From Dicyema japonicum (taxonomy: Eukaryota > Animalia > Dicyemida), in NCBI GenBank assembly GCA_011109175.1, contig RDEW01000011.1:939406-973409 (forward strand): a stretch of 34,004 bases of DNA, written 5' to 3'. Shown in pieces: positions 1-11,630 of this stretch; positions within the stretch are counted from its first letter, which is position 1; every line of letters starts with the position of its first letter. Made by a program: the position numbers and the translations under genes. Below the pieces are notes generated by a model, which did not search any database, had not been told where the DNA came from, and was given only the letters and a program-made list of their open reading frames with translations.

Positions 1-149
1 GCGCAATTAGAGTATCGATTACCACCATTTTCTTGTTTACTTGAGGTCGTAAATCTCGTTTGTGGTTCTTAACTCTGGAAGACGGGACTAAGTTATTATC
101 AATTAATCGATTTCCTAGCGTGGTCGCTAGGTTGATGTTTTCCTACTTC

Positions 150-400
150 TCGACTTTCTTGATGACTGAAGTTGAGATTTCCTTCATTTGAATCAATCGG
201 GTTCGTATCGACGACAAGGGCCGTAAAACAGAGGATATAAATCCAAACATTTAGAGTATCTTCCTTAAACGCTCTGATGATCAACTTCCAAAGGCAAAAG
301 GTGGGAACCACTTTTATCGATCTTTAGATCCATAACCCTATCGGACACGAATTGGATAAGACGAAGAAAGTCCTCATCAGCATCTGATCAATCAAAGCCG
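150..400 (-). mobile_element. Possible decayed Ty3/Gypsy-like aspartic protease remnant
   Basis: Minus strand reads TALID then, with a 1-nt frameshift, (S)DADEDFL, resembling the ALIDSGAxxxF protease motif. Downstream NPIDSNEGNLNF resembles the NPxIDWxxGxL motif. It needs frameshifts, so support is weak. Confidence 0.25.
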
Positions 401-1044
401 TGTGGGGAAGAGGGCTGTTTCCTCTGGTGAGAGTTACTAGACATGACCAGTTACAGAGGGATTCGCCAGTCTTTCGAATCATCTTGTAGATGTATCATCA
501 TAATTTTAGTGATTTGGATCAAAAGAGGAGATAAATTCAGTCAGTTTTTTTAAATAAAATTAACGAGTTTATTTTCTTATTAAATATGGACTGTTTCGTG
601 CGGAGTTGGTGATTGATTGTCTTAAAGTAAACAAATGAGATCTAAGATTTTACTGTTACACATGGGTTGCAATCCTCAATCAATTCCTTGTTGGTGAATC
701 TTTTAACGACTCACAATACTAGTGAGCTAAAATAGGTCAATGCTTTATCCTGAGAGCTGAAATTATTAAAAGACTTGAAAAATGGACTCAGTTGCGACCT
801 CAAAATTGCTTGCGTTTCTTTAGCTTACAAAGCTACATTTGACTGTGTCAAGAGGAGTAGAAAAATGTAAATGATGCGTTTCCTTAAGTTGGGGGTATTA
901 ATTTAGCTTGGTGTGGTTGAGAACAACCTTAAAAATAGTAAGGAATATTTTTTCTAAAATAAAGCGATCGTAAATCGTTTATTTATAATTAAAAAAATGT
1001 TATAATATTTAATAATCAAAACTATTTTCACGTTGATATCACGT

Positions 1045-1208
1045 GCCATTGTGATTTCGATGAGTAAATTAGCTAATAACCATGGAAAATGAAATAATTT
1101 ATTTCGCCAAGCAGTTGTAATTTGAGACGATTTGATCACCGCCCTCACAGGTGGTGTCATCATAATAGCTGTTGAGGTGATTTCTGTTCTCAACAATTTG
1201 TCAAAGGG
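1045..1208 (-). pseudogene. Inverted, decayed partial duplicate of the neighbouring MCAT gene
   Basis: Minus 1208-1154 encodes PFDKLLRTEITSTAIMMT versus MCAT PSDKLMRTEISQPAIMVT (1758-1813), 44/56 nt identical by manual alignment. Weaker similarity continues to ~1045 and includes an MCAT intron-2-like stretch (atggtt..attta..cgaaa..caat). Confidence 0.7.
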
Positions 1209-1300
1209 TTTTAATAATATTTTAACTCAGAATTATTAAATAAATGAATTTCCGTAACCAAAATTGAAAAAAAGTATTAAAATCAGTAAAATTCGGTAAA

Positions 1301-1400
1301 GCCGGACTCGTCCTCACCTTTGTCAGTCTGGGATCACTTAGTTAGATGAGAACTTTTATTTCTTTCTCTTTGACCCAGTGATCCTGGGGATAATAATAAT
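1301..1400 (+). mobile_element. 5'-truncated ~100-nt LINE 3' end with (TAA)n tail and 13-bp target-site duplication
   Basis: Near-identical to the reverse complement of 30674-30775, the 3' end of an I-group LINE. It ends in taataataat and is flanked by aaaattcggtaaa (1288-1300) and aaaaatcggtaaa (1401-1413). Confidence 0.82.
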
Positions 1401-1492
1401 AAAAATCGGTAAAAATCGTGCATATCAGAGTGGCGTGATCACGTATATCGATTATTTATAGGATTTGAACGTGTCCTACGTTACCGGTGCTT

Positions 1493-2631
1493 ATGTTCGC
1501 GTCAAAACTACCCTTCACTCCTGTCAGAGCTGTGTTAAGGAACTGCTCAAGTGATGCAGCTGTGTGGTCGAATACTCAGATATTGAAGGAATCGTCAGTG
1601 CTTCTTTTTCCTGGGCAGGGCTCCCAATTTATCGGTATGGCATCAAAATTGAAGCACTTTCCAAAATCTGTTGATCTTTTCGAGAGAGTGAGTGCTATTT
1701 TAGGGTACGATCTGCTGAAAGTATACACTAAATGTCATGTTAGTTATCTTTGGAAGGCCCATCTGACAAATTAATGAGGACAGAAATCTCCCAACCAGCT
1801 ATTATGGTCACATCTCTGGCTTCTCTTAAGAAACTTGAGAGTGAAGATCCAGAAGCTCTTAGAACTTGCAGTTATACAGCAGGATTGAGTTTGGGGGAGT
1901 ATACCTCTCTCGTTTTCTCAGAGTGCCTGTCTTTCGAGGATGGTTTGTCTTGATTTATAGCCGAAACAGCAATAAAAGTTGTAAAAGTTCGTGCTACTTC
2001 CATGCAGAAGGCTTCGGAGATGACTAACGGAGGGATGATTTCCATAATGGTCAACGGAATCTCGAACATAAAAGAATGCTGCAAGGCGGCTATTGAGCAC
2101 TGCCATTCTTTGGGGATCTCCAATCCAGTTTGTCAGCCTGCAAATTATCTTTCTTGCGCATTTCAAGTAATTGGTGGCTCTGTTGAGGCGACCATTGACT
2201 TTATTGTGTAGGCCTTGGAGTTCATCGAGGCGAATAGTTCCAAATTTGGAATTCGGAAAGTTAAAAGACTCCAAGTCAGTGGGGCCTTTCATACTCAGAT
2301 GATGAATTTTGCCTGTGGTGAACTCAAAGATGTCTTGAGGTTTGTTTTTTTTACCAATTTTAGTAATGTCAAATTTAATGAGCCCAGAATTAACGTAATT
2401 TCCAATCTAACAGCCAAACCATACAAAAACGTGGAGGAGATTAAGGATTTGTTGGTCCACCAGGTTGTGTCGCCAGTAAAGTGGCAACAAACCATGGAAT
2501 ATTTGTTCAATTCTCCGGCCAAACGAAATGTTTACGAGCTCGGTCCTGGTAGGCAATTAAAACCTCTGATAAACTCTTCAATTGATGTCAAGTACCGTGA
2601 TCAGCACCCGTACCGTTTTGTGGAAGTGTGA
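1493..2631 (+). CDS. MCAT: Mitochondrial malonyl-CoA:acyl carrier protein transacylase (FabD family), 5 exons
   Basis: Motifs LLFPGQGSQFIGM, QPAI, active-site AGLSLGEY, VSGAFHT, VVSPVKWQQ and YELGPG. Introns at 1721-1743 (23 nt), 1943-1969 (27), 2188-2211 (24, GC-AG) and 2340-2363 (24) restore a gap-free match to animal MCAT. The N-terminus looks like a mitochondrial presequence. Confidence 0.95.
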
Positions 2632-3306
2632 TTTTATATTAAAATATTTCTTCTAAGTGTGCCTTTTTGTTCCACATACGAGTTTTTGCTATAAGATTAC
2701 TTTTCTGTTATCATCTCCTTAACGTAGACTTGTCTAAGTTACTCTAATTTTCGTGTCAGGTGGGATTCAAAGCCACGGTATAATGTATTCGATGTTCACC
2801 CATTAGAATATTTAATGTCCTCCAGAGTCCTCGCGATAAGGTGAAGGAAGCACCACATTCATTTTGAAGTGAGGACAGTTCGTATAATGGAGGTACTTCT
2901 CCACATCTATCATCCGACAAACTAACCACTCGACGAGTTGATGTTTGAATATTTTATTTCCCAAAAATTTGTCAAGTGAATTGAAGGTATGCGTAAGAGA
3001 AGATAGATTTTTCGTCGTAATCAGGTAACTTTCGGTAATTAAGGCTGATAAGACTAATTTTGACTTAATAATATTAACACTAGAGACCAGGGTTACATAA
3101 ACTGACTAATTACACGATCCCAACACCCTCTAGTAGAGACCTCAACAAGTACGTATCGGTCGAATAACTGGATCTTCAGGACATTCCATGGTTCATGCGT
3201 ATTAATTTAAAATGTTGACCTAAATCGACTTTATTATTAATAGCACTTTCGAAAAACCAAAAATGTAATTTATTTAATTAAGGTTCCGCTTGTGCCGTAT
3301 TTTTCT

Positions 3307-4680
3307 TTAGGTTATTCTTTCTTCCACAATTCTCTTAACTAACTTCCTCCGTGCTCCGCGGTTACAGGCAGTTATTCTGAGCGTGTCCAGATCATCTCCT
3401 GTTTTCAGCTTTCGTCCTACATTGGTCAGGTCCTTGTGTAGAACCACTGGCAAAGTTATGCGAGGTCTTCCACGGAACGAGGTATTCACTTCTGGGCAGA
3501 AATAGTTCTCCATTGCTATTTTAGCAGGCGTCATCTGGCTCATTCGAAGGATGTGACCAAACAGACGCCATCTTGATTCCAGGATATCCAGACTCAATGG
3601 TCTTGTATTACATACTTTGTATAGATTCTTGTTTGTAATTTTTTTTGGCCAGTTGATGCCAAGCAACAGTCGGAGTTGTTTACGATGGAAGGCATCTAGT
3701 TTGTCCATTACCGCTTCTGAGACACCCCAGGTTGCAGCGTTGTACATTAGGACTGGTTTCACGAAGGCATTGTATAGTCTCACACGTAATTGTGTGCTAA
3801 TTTGTTTACGATGATTCCAGACTACTCCCATTTTTCTAAAGGCCGCGACGGCCAACATCTTCCTGTTAGTGATATCCTCAGCGTCTCCGAGCAACGACCC
3901 CAATTTTTTACAGTATCTCTATTTTTCATCAGTTCGGGTTAATTCACGGCGTATGGTAGTTGTCTCCGTCTTTTCCGTATTGATTTTGATGAACCATTTT
4001 TCTAGGACATCTGGCATCCTTGTCCGTATATAGTTTAATGTATTCTCGTCGCTGGATATGTAGTCGATATCAGCTGCATAAATCACTTTAGTTTGAGGAA
4101 AATCGCCAATTAATAGTCTGAAGTCTCTGAGTGCCGCCTCCAAATATGTCACAAAAAGTACCGGTGACAAGGAATCTCCCTGCGGTGCCCCGAACGTTGT
4201 CTCAAATGGGACAGACTCCAAATTTCCAAAACGTACACTTAGCTGCGTTGTTCCAAGTAATAGGCGGATCATTCTGACACTGTCCTCGTCAACCAACTTC
4301 TCCAAGATATCCAAAAGTCTCCCTCTGTGTATAGAGTCAAAGGCTTTGGACATGTCCATGCCAAGGTTGCCAATAGCCCCCTTGTAATTTTGATGTGTTG
4401 CAAAAAGCCATCGATGTCCCCAGACCACATCAGCTGTAGATCTCCCTGACCTGAATCCGCTTTGACCGTGAGAGAGAAAGTTCTCGATGTCAGATCCAAT
4501 CCTGTTCAGCACTATAAGTGATAGTGTCTTGCGTAGAGTCGTCAATAGTACGATGGGTCTTAAATTCGTTAAGGGGCCTTTAGCTTTGCCCGGTTTTTGT
4601 AGTGCAATTAGTGTGCCATTACCCACATCCAGTGGTGGGTTGTATTTGAATGTTTTGTTGTATATCTCGACTTTATTGAA
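3307..4680 (-). mobile_element. RTE-like non-LTR retrotransposon, 5'-truncated and disrupted RT
   Basis: ORFs 3919-4626 and 3307-3903 carry RPIVLL, QSGFRSGRST, DMSKAFDS, PQGDSLSPVLF, YAADI (YADD variant), RLYNAFVKPVLMY and RWRLFGHILRM, typical of RTE-clade RT and its C-terminal region. No introns. Confidence 0.92.
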
Positions 4681-5440
4681 TTAGAATTTCATAATTTTAA
4701 TCGTTTTTGAATTTATTATTATCTGCAAGAAAAATTAATTTAATTAAAAGTCAATTTTGATGGCAAGGTCTCCATTTGGCCTGCATGAATTGAGTATGCA
4801 ATGGGAGACTGCAAAATTTTCGAATAATCCCTTAGCAGATCATCAACCATCTCGGCAGGTTTGCCACAGAAAACAATCAGTGAGATGAAATTAGAAATAT
4901 TTTTGGGTCAGAAATTTTTCCGATAAGGGAATTCATATATTTTTGTCCTCGAATATTGGTTTCGTCAATCAAATCTAAGTGAAAGTCGGATTCAAAAAAA
5001 GCGTAGAGACCTTATCGATCCAGGAGTCGGTTGATGGGATGAAAACTTCGATATTTTAACAAAATTAACGCTTGTGGAATATTAATCAAAATAATGAACC
5101 TGTTACTTTGAGATTTTTCTTTAACGAACAATTCAATGATGTTTAAGTAATACTAATACTGCACTTTACGAAAAGCCATATTAGCTATAGCTCCCTCCAG
5201 GCGGGACATACAATTTATTTTAAGCAAAAAACAGTTATGATGACTAATCGTAGAGGGAGAACCTAGGAATTTTTTGACTTCATAACTTTTTGATTGAAAA
5301 CTACATTTTTTAAAACAGTTTTAAAGCACCGCTTGCTATTGAAACAAGTTCAGATATTTCACTCCCTTGCGAAGACTTTTGGTTACTGGATGATATCCTT
5401 TAGATCACTAGATAAGGGCTTGTGGGATTAGTTAGTTTGG

Positions 5441-5789
5441 GGAATAGAAGAGGTCCTATGGGTCATCCTGTTGGACCCCGGACCCCGTCTCAAGTCTGAG
5501 TTGGATATCGTCTCGGACGTGAGGTTGCAGTTCACTCTGCCCATATTTTCACAAACCGCAGTATTGAGGATTCCAAAAGCATATTCTCGTCAAATTGTAC
5601 ATAAATAATGCATTCAACAGTCTGAGAAAAGACTATACCTCGGAGGACCGTACCGATAGATGTCCCAACACTTTCGATATGATCGATTAATGCTACGGAA
5701 AGCAATCATCTTTTCTTTTTGGTATATACTCTATTTCTTCGTCCTCTGGGGTCTAGCAGGATAACCCTTAGGACCTCTTCTATTCTCCC
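5441..5789. repeat. Inverted repeat pair (~40-bp arms) around ~270 bp of non-coding DNA, MITE-like
   Basis: ggaatagaagaggtcctatgggtcatcctgttggacccc (5441-5479) is the near reverse complement of ggggtctagcaggataaacccttaggacctcttctattctcc (5748-5789). Confidence 0.7.
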
Positions 5790-5839
5790 TTGGTATAGAG
5801 AAAATTACTAAACTTCCTCGGTCCCCTCTAAACATCATG

Positions 5840-6400
5840 TACATAACAATCCAGTTTCTAGAGGACCCTCGGAGGTGGTTTTCTGTGATCTGGAAGTTTT
5901 GATTCCTGCCTTGTCTGAAGTTGGTCTGGAACTGATTAGAGATAAGTGCGAAATTTTCAATTGTTTGTTGTCGGGGACATTTTCCAGAAGTGGTGCCTGA
6001 CTCAACGTTATTCCGGGTGGAGTTTTGGGTACCTTTCTTGATCTCATTCTTTGGATACTGTCAGACACCCTTCTATACTAGAGCCAGACAGCTTATGCAG
6101 ACGTGACGGAAAATGACCGAATGAGATTCCCCATTTTCCACTTTTAAGACAAGGAACCTATTGTCTGTGACTTCAATTCCACCGATACATTTGTCTTTAT
6201 CAACCTACATCAAAGTACCTCAAGAGCCTGCTCTAGATATCAAATGAGCAAAAGCGAGACTGCAGTTGAAATATCATGTTTCATTGCGCCTACGAGGCTC
6301 GATTTCATGGGTCAGTAAAAGAATCGGATTTCTACACACACTGAAGATCTCAATCATCTCTCCTCTTTCTGTCCAAGGCGATGTCTTCTGAGATTCTACA
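5840..6400 (+). mobile_element. Decayed CRE-like non-LTR retrotransposon RT fragment
   Basis: Plus frame reads GPSEVVFCDLEVLIPALSEVGLELIRDKCEIF, matching the CRE-type post-YLDD segment (xVxxDLxxLxxxLxxIGLxLNxxKCE). Further degraded similarity follows, with several stops and frameshifts. Confidence 0.6.
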
Positions 6401-6489
6401 TGGCAGTGACACAAGCTGCTTGGAAGTAGAGATGAACTCTATATCTTGATTTCATGTTTGTTAAAAATCAGTTTAAATAAAAACTGATT

Positions 6490-7260
6490 TACGAATTTGT
6501 ATTAAACCATGGGACCATTAGCATTACCAGTCATGGACTCAACATTATTTCCGACACTCGTCATAAACTTAAGGATACTTGAATACAGGGGAATAGTAGA
6601 TGGTTTAATAAACGCAAAGTTCGTATCAATTTGTTAAGGTAAATTTTCGACTTTTTCTAATTCTGAAGTCGCTAACAAATCGTGATTTGATCACATAAAT
6701 TTCACTACTGTCTCATTTTATGGTATTGGCTTTTTATATCTCTTAATTTAGGGAACACTACAAATACTGATTCGACTCCTAAAGTGTAATATTTGCCTCA
6801 TTTTGTGTAAGTTTTGTCGATTTTACATCAAAATGTTTGTTCTGTCTGATTTTTTACATGAAGTAATTTTTATAAAGTTAATTAAAAAAGCCTAAAGGAT
6901 TAATTGATTAAAGTTTTTAAACGACTCCCAGAATTTTACAACTGTTAGCCTAAACCTTCATTTTTATGTAGAAACCTCTGGAATTACTTGACCTTTATTT
7001 TCCTTCTTTTGCACGGTGGAGGGTTAAGACTGCTCAGCTCGCTATGGTAATTTCAATAAAAAACGCTGTTATTCCATTGTATTTCCTTAAGAGTCCTTAG
7101 AAATAATAACCATCCAAAAAGAATTCTGACCCTCTAACATCGCTATCTTTTTTTATTGAGAACTAATTATAGAATATAACCAAGCATTTCTGCGATTGAA
7201 GAGACAGGGGGAAAACATCAGATTCAACCAGTTGAGTTTCCTTATCCCAATTGTGTAATC
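6490..7260 (-). other. Possible unidentified spliced gene divergent from TEX10
   Basis: Coding-like segments (HNWDKETQLVESDVFPLSLQ, NYHSELSSLNPPPCKRRKIK, QIDTNFAFIKPSTIPLYSSILKF) are separated by short GT..AG AT-rich stretches. No complete model or family could be built. Confidence 0.25.
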
Positions 7261-7403
7261 GTTTGATCGTGATATAAATTATAATAAAATTAATATTTTT
7301 AAAAAATAAATTTAAATTTAATTAAAAATTTTAATTGTTAAACACTAATAATAATACTAATTTTTAAAATTATCCACGTTTAAAGATTTACGTGTCGTGG
7401 TAA

Positions 7404-9438
7404 ATGTCGAAGAGTAAAAGGAAGAAGGCAGAAAGTAAAAAAACCAAGATTAAACTTGGGAAAAAATTGCCAAAAAATGTGAACGAAACCAAAGGGAAAT
7501 TTAAAACTGCAAAAATAGTGCTGAGACATCAATATGATAGGGATTTATCAACAACCGACAGAATCTCTGTACTTTCTCATAAACATTGCTAGGATATTCT
7601 ATCAAGACTAAAGAATCAGAATTGCAAACTCAAAAACAACGCAATCTTAAATTTGTCAAATTTTCTTAATACTTTCCCCAATTTTGACGATTCAAACTTG
7701 ATTCCCCACGTCAGTCAAATAATTGATTCATTTTTCCCAGCCATCTTCGACGAGGAGTCTTCAGTTAGGCGTAATTTTCGAAAGACTCTGACCAGTCTTG
7801 TCAAAAAGGTGAACCTGGAACCATTTTCTGACAAAATTGGAAATTTCCTTGAATGCTCTCTAAGCCATGTGTCACATTCCGTTAGATTTGATACCTTGGG
7901 GATGGTTGATTTACTCCTGCCTGTTTTCAAAACTGGAAGTCGGATGAACGTTAAAATATTCAAACTGATGATAAATCTGGCCAAGATCGGCAGGTCCTTT
8001 GATAACTCGAATTTGACGAATGTGATCTCAACGATTTCCCGGTTCCTTAAGCACTTTATCCCCACATCACAAGCTGAGGACAAGAAATATTACTTGTATC
8101 TATAAATTAACCATTTTAGTGCTGGAAATTGTTTTTTCTTAAGAGTTGATGATTTGGCTGCCGAAACTGTATTTCCTGAGTTTGTGGAGATTTTGACTCA
8201 GATTTGGCACCACAAATCTCCCGAAGAACGGACTGATGAAATTGGTTGCTGTTTACGAGGAATTTAGACATTGAATCAGACTATGGTCTTTTCCTCACAC
8301 AGCTATTCTCCATGGCCGATGTGATGCTCGACTATAGTGGGTCAAATCCCTCTCAATGGGCTCAACTGTTGTAAAAAGGAGTCGTAAAGCACGTTGATTT
8401 TCCCTTCAAACAAAAGAATAAGACTGCTGTATTTCGTATTATTGATTTTAGTCCAAAAAGATAGTTTTACTCAATTTGCATATTTGTCGAGTTGTGGGAC
8501 ATGCCTTTGTCTCAGATTTGTCTTCTTTCAAGTCCTACTTGATAAGTTTATGGAGTAACCACATCTTTGATTGCTCTTTGATGAAAATATCTTGTCTTTT
8601 TAATTTACCAGGTGAGACATTTTAGTTATCCAGATTTGAATTCGGTCATTATTCCTGCAGTTTTCCATGAACGAATGATCCTTAGTCCTCACCACAAGAC
8701 CTTGTTTTTGTCAGCTTGTGAATTCTTTGCGCGTCATCCGTTATCCTTTCTATTTATTGTAGACTTCTGGTGGACCTGGTTCCAGAAATTCTGTCCTTAT
8801 TGTGTAAGGACATCGACGGATGTGTTAGAAGTATGATTCTCGAACTGTGTATCGCCAATGTGGACCTTTTTGGCAACAAAGTGACCCCAATTCTGATCCA
8901 AATGATTGGTATATATGTCGTTTTTATGTTAGGTGATGGGAAAATGCGTTGTTTTATTAATAAAGTTGATTCAAATACAGTCGAATTGGTGCTATTTCTG
9001 TTTGTCGCCCAGAATTTGGCAGATTTGTGTGATATTCTCAGGCATTTTGTCCACGTTTATGACTTGTTCACTCCTCCTCAGTTAAATTTCTTTCTGCTGT
9101 TTTTGAACGTATTCGATCGACTTGGGGGAGTTTTATTCGCTGTTGATAACGCTGCTTCTAAGTTTTTGCACTTTTAAAGTTTAGGTGTTTTGTCGGGGAC
9201 CCTGGAGTCCTATTCCTATGCGTCTTTTAAAGAAAGGGTGGAGAAGGTCAGAATTTGGAGGAGTGTTGTAGTTGAATTTATTAACTCACTACCTCAATCA
9301 CAGCAGTTGATGGAGTGCTATGTATCTAAAATCAATGGACTTCACGTAATATTACTATTTTATTTTTAGGATAACCTTCCTTTGATCGTAAACAGAGAAA
9401 ATGCTGATCTCTTGTTGGATGGATGTATACCTTTATGA
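7404..9438 (+). CDS. TEX10: TEX10/Ipi1 (rixosome, pre-60S processing) with about 10 micro-introns; 3' end uncertain
   Basis: N-terminus MSKSKRKK..KTKIKLGKKLPKNVNETKGKFKTAKIVL matches the Ipi1/TEX10 signature. A 24-nt intron at 7569-7592 joins to DILSRLK..., followed by an Ipi1_N-like region (DEESSVR, SHVSHSVRFDTLGMVDLLL), DFPF and LLNLHIC. Further 22-24 nt GT-AG introns keep the frame open; distal junctions are less certain. Confidence 0.87.
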
Positions 9439-9454
9439 TTTATATTTTTATTTT

Positions 9455-9874
9455 TTTATAAAGAAATGATTTTTTAATAACAAATTAACTTTTTGTGTAA
9501 ATGATTATTTTTGTGTTGTCAGCCACCATCTGCTTTCTCTGTAGGAAAACATTTTTGTAGAAAGATGACTCGCTTATTTTTTTGGGTAGAGTGAGGACCA
9601 GTTATAAGCACTTCCTTGAGAAGCATAATTTTATAGCCACGCATGTGCAGCAAAGGATACAANTTTATAAAGAAATGATTTTTTAATAACAAATTAACTT
9701 TTTGTGTAAATGATTATTTTTGTGTTAAGTCAGCCACCATCTGCTTTCTCTGTAGGAAAACATTTTTGTAGAAAGATGACTCGCTTATTGTTTTTGGGTA
9801 GAGTGAGGACCAGTTATAAGCACTTTCTTGAGAAGCATAATTTTATTGCCACGCATGTGCAGCAAAGGATACAA
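9455..9874. repeat. ~209-bp direct duplication bridged by a single N (9663); possibly covers further TEX10 exons
   Basis: 9455-9662 and 9664-9874 are near-identical and joined at an N, typical of unmerged contig overlap or haplotigs. Confidence 0.85.
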
Positions 9875-9965
9875 TTTTGTATACCAATTTCTTACGTTAA
9901 GAGATCTCCTCAATAAGTCAAGATGTGGATTTCAACACTTTTTCCAGTTTTTTCAAGTTATTTCC

Positions 9966-10289
9966 TAGGACGACCGGAAGACTTACTTTTGTCCTTCACG
10001 AAAGAGTAAATTATTTTAACAAAGATCTTTACGAAAAATATACATCTGAACGTCTAACTGTGGCTTGTGAGTTTTTAGGACGACCGGAAGACTTACTTTT
10101 GTCCTTCACGAAAGAGTAAATTATTTTAACAAAGATTTTTACGACAAATATACATCTGAACGTCTAACTGTGGCTTGTGAGTTTTCTTTTCAAAAACCTT
10201 TACTATTACCAAATCTGTTTCTGCAGAAGTGGAAACTGGATACACTTAATTTTTTTGTTTCTGCAGAAGTGGAAACTGGATACACTTAA
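9966..10289. repeat. Two-copy tandem duplications (110 bp and 40 bp)
   Basis: taggacgaccggaag... starts at 9966 and 10076; tgtttctgcagaagtggaaactggatacacttaa occurs at 10216 and 10256. Confidence 0.9.
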
Positions 10290-10695
10290 CAATTAAAGAA
10301 GAAATTAACTGAAGAAAATGATGACTGACTAATTAGGTGATCACAATTTCCATGATTGCTCATTTTACTTGCCTCCTTAAGCCCTCACGCAATTACTTCA
10401 TTCATCGTCCTGTGCCTTGTATTACTTCTAGTACTTCTTCAGAAGAGTTTGTGAAGTCTTTTAACGTCAACACCAATGGTTTGTGCAACCATTGAGCTCG
10501 AACCAGAAGCGTCGCCCAAGTGTTCTGAGCAATCCACAAAGAAATGCCCAGAACTACGCACCGCTTTCACTTGTGGAGTCACGTCAATGTTGATCTAATT
10601 TCTGTTTAATCGCCTTAAAGGTATTGACACAAAAAGATCTTCCTAGCCACGTGGGGTCATTTTTAAGGGAGTTGAGATTTTTCTGTATAATAGAA

Positions 10696-11630
10696 NNNNN
10701 NNNNNNNNNNNNNNNNNNNNNNNNNNNNNNNNNNNNNNNNNNNNNNNNNNNNNNNNNNNNNNNNNNNNNNNNNNNNNNNNNNNNNNNNNNNNNNNNNNNN
10801 NNNNNNNNNNNNNNNNNNNNNNNNNNNNNNNNNNNNNNNNNNNNNNNNNNNNNNNNNNNNNNNNNNNNNNNNNNNNNNNNNNNNNNNNNNNNNNNNNNNN
10901 NNNNNNNNNNNNNNNNNNNNNNNNNNNNNNNNNNNNNNNNNNNNNNNNNNNNNNNNNNNNNNNNNNNNNNNNNNNNNNNNNNNNNNNNNNNNNNNNNNNN
11001 NNNNNNNNNNNNNNNNNNNNNNNNNNNNNNNNNNNNNNNNNNNNNNNNNNNNNNNNNNNNNNNNNNNNNNNNNNNNNNNNNNNNNNNNNNNNNNNNNNNN
11101 NNNNNNNNNNNNNNNNNNNNNNNNNNNNNNNNNNNNNNNNNNNNNNNNNNNNNNNNNNNNNNNNNNNNNNNNNNNNNNNNNNNNNNNNNNNNNNNNNNNN
11201 NNNNNNNNNNNNNNNNNNNNNNNNNNNNNNNNNNNNNNNNNNNNNNNNNNNNNNNNNNNNNNNNNNNNNNNNNNNNNNNNNNNNNNNNNNNNNNNNNNNN
11301 NNNNNNNNNNNNNNNNNNNNNNNNNNNNNNNNNNNNNNNNNNNNNNNNNNNNNNNNNNNNNNNNNNNNNNNNNNNNNNNNNNNNNNNNNNNNNNNNNNNN
11401 NNNNNNNNNNNNNNNNNNNNNNNNNNNNNNNNNNNNNNNNNNNNNNNNNNNNNNNNNNNNNNNNNNNNNNNNNNNNNNNNNNNNNNNNNNNNNNNNNNNN
11501 NNNNNNNNNNNNNNNNNNNNNNNNNNNNNNNNNNNNNNNNNNNNNNNNNNNNNNNNNNNNNNNNNNNNNNNNNNNNNNNNNNNNNNNNNNNNNNNNNNNN
11601 NNNNNNNNNNNNNNNNNNNNNNNNNNNNNN
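10696..11630. other. Assembly gap (935 N)
   Basis: Run of N; ORFs called across it are artefacts. Confidence 1.

Noticed and set aside
540-950. Possible small spliced gene, with similar ambiguous segments at 2700-3200, 4700-5400 and 21950-22320
   Set aside because: Short coding-like pieces only; every model tried hits stops and no homology was recognised.
8330-8400. In-frame TAA within TEX10 (QLL*KGVVKH) and TAG in MCAT, hinting at stop-codon reassignment
   Set aside because: Both are removable by plausible introns (42 nt and 24 nt), and reconstructed genes end in TAA or TGA. The standard code is sufficient.
9966-10289. Repeat-spacer appearance resembling a CRISPR array
   Set aside because: Only two-copy tandem duplications without unique spacers, in a eukaryotic context with no cas genes.
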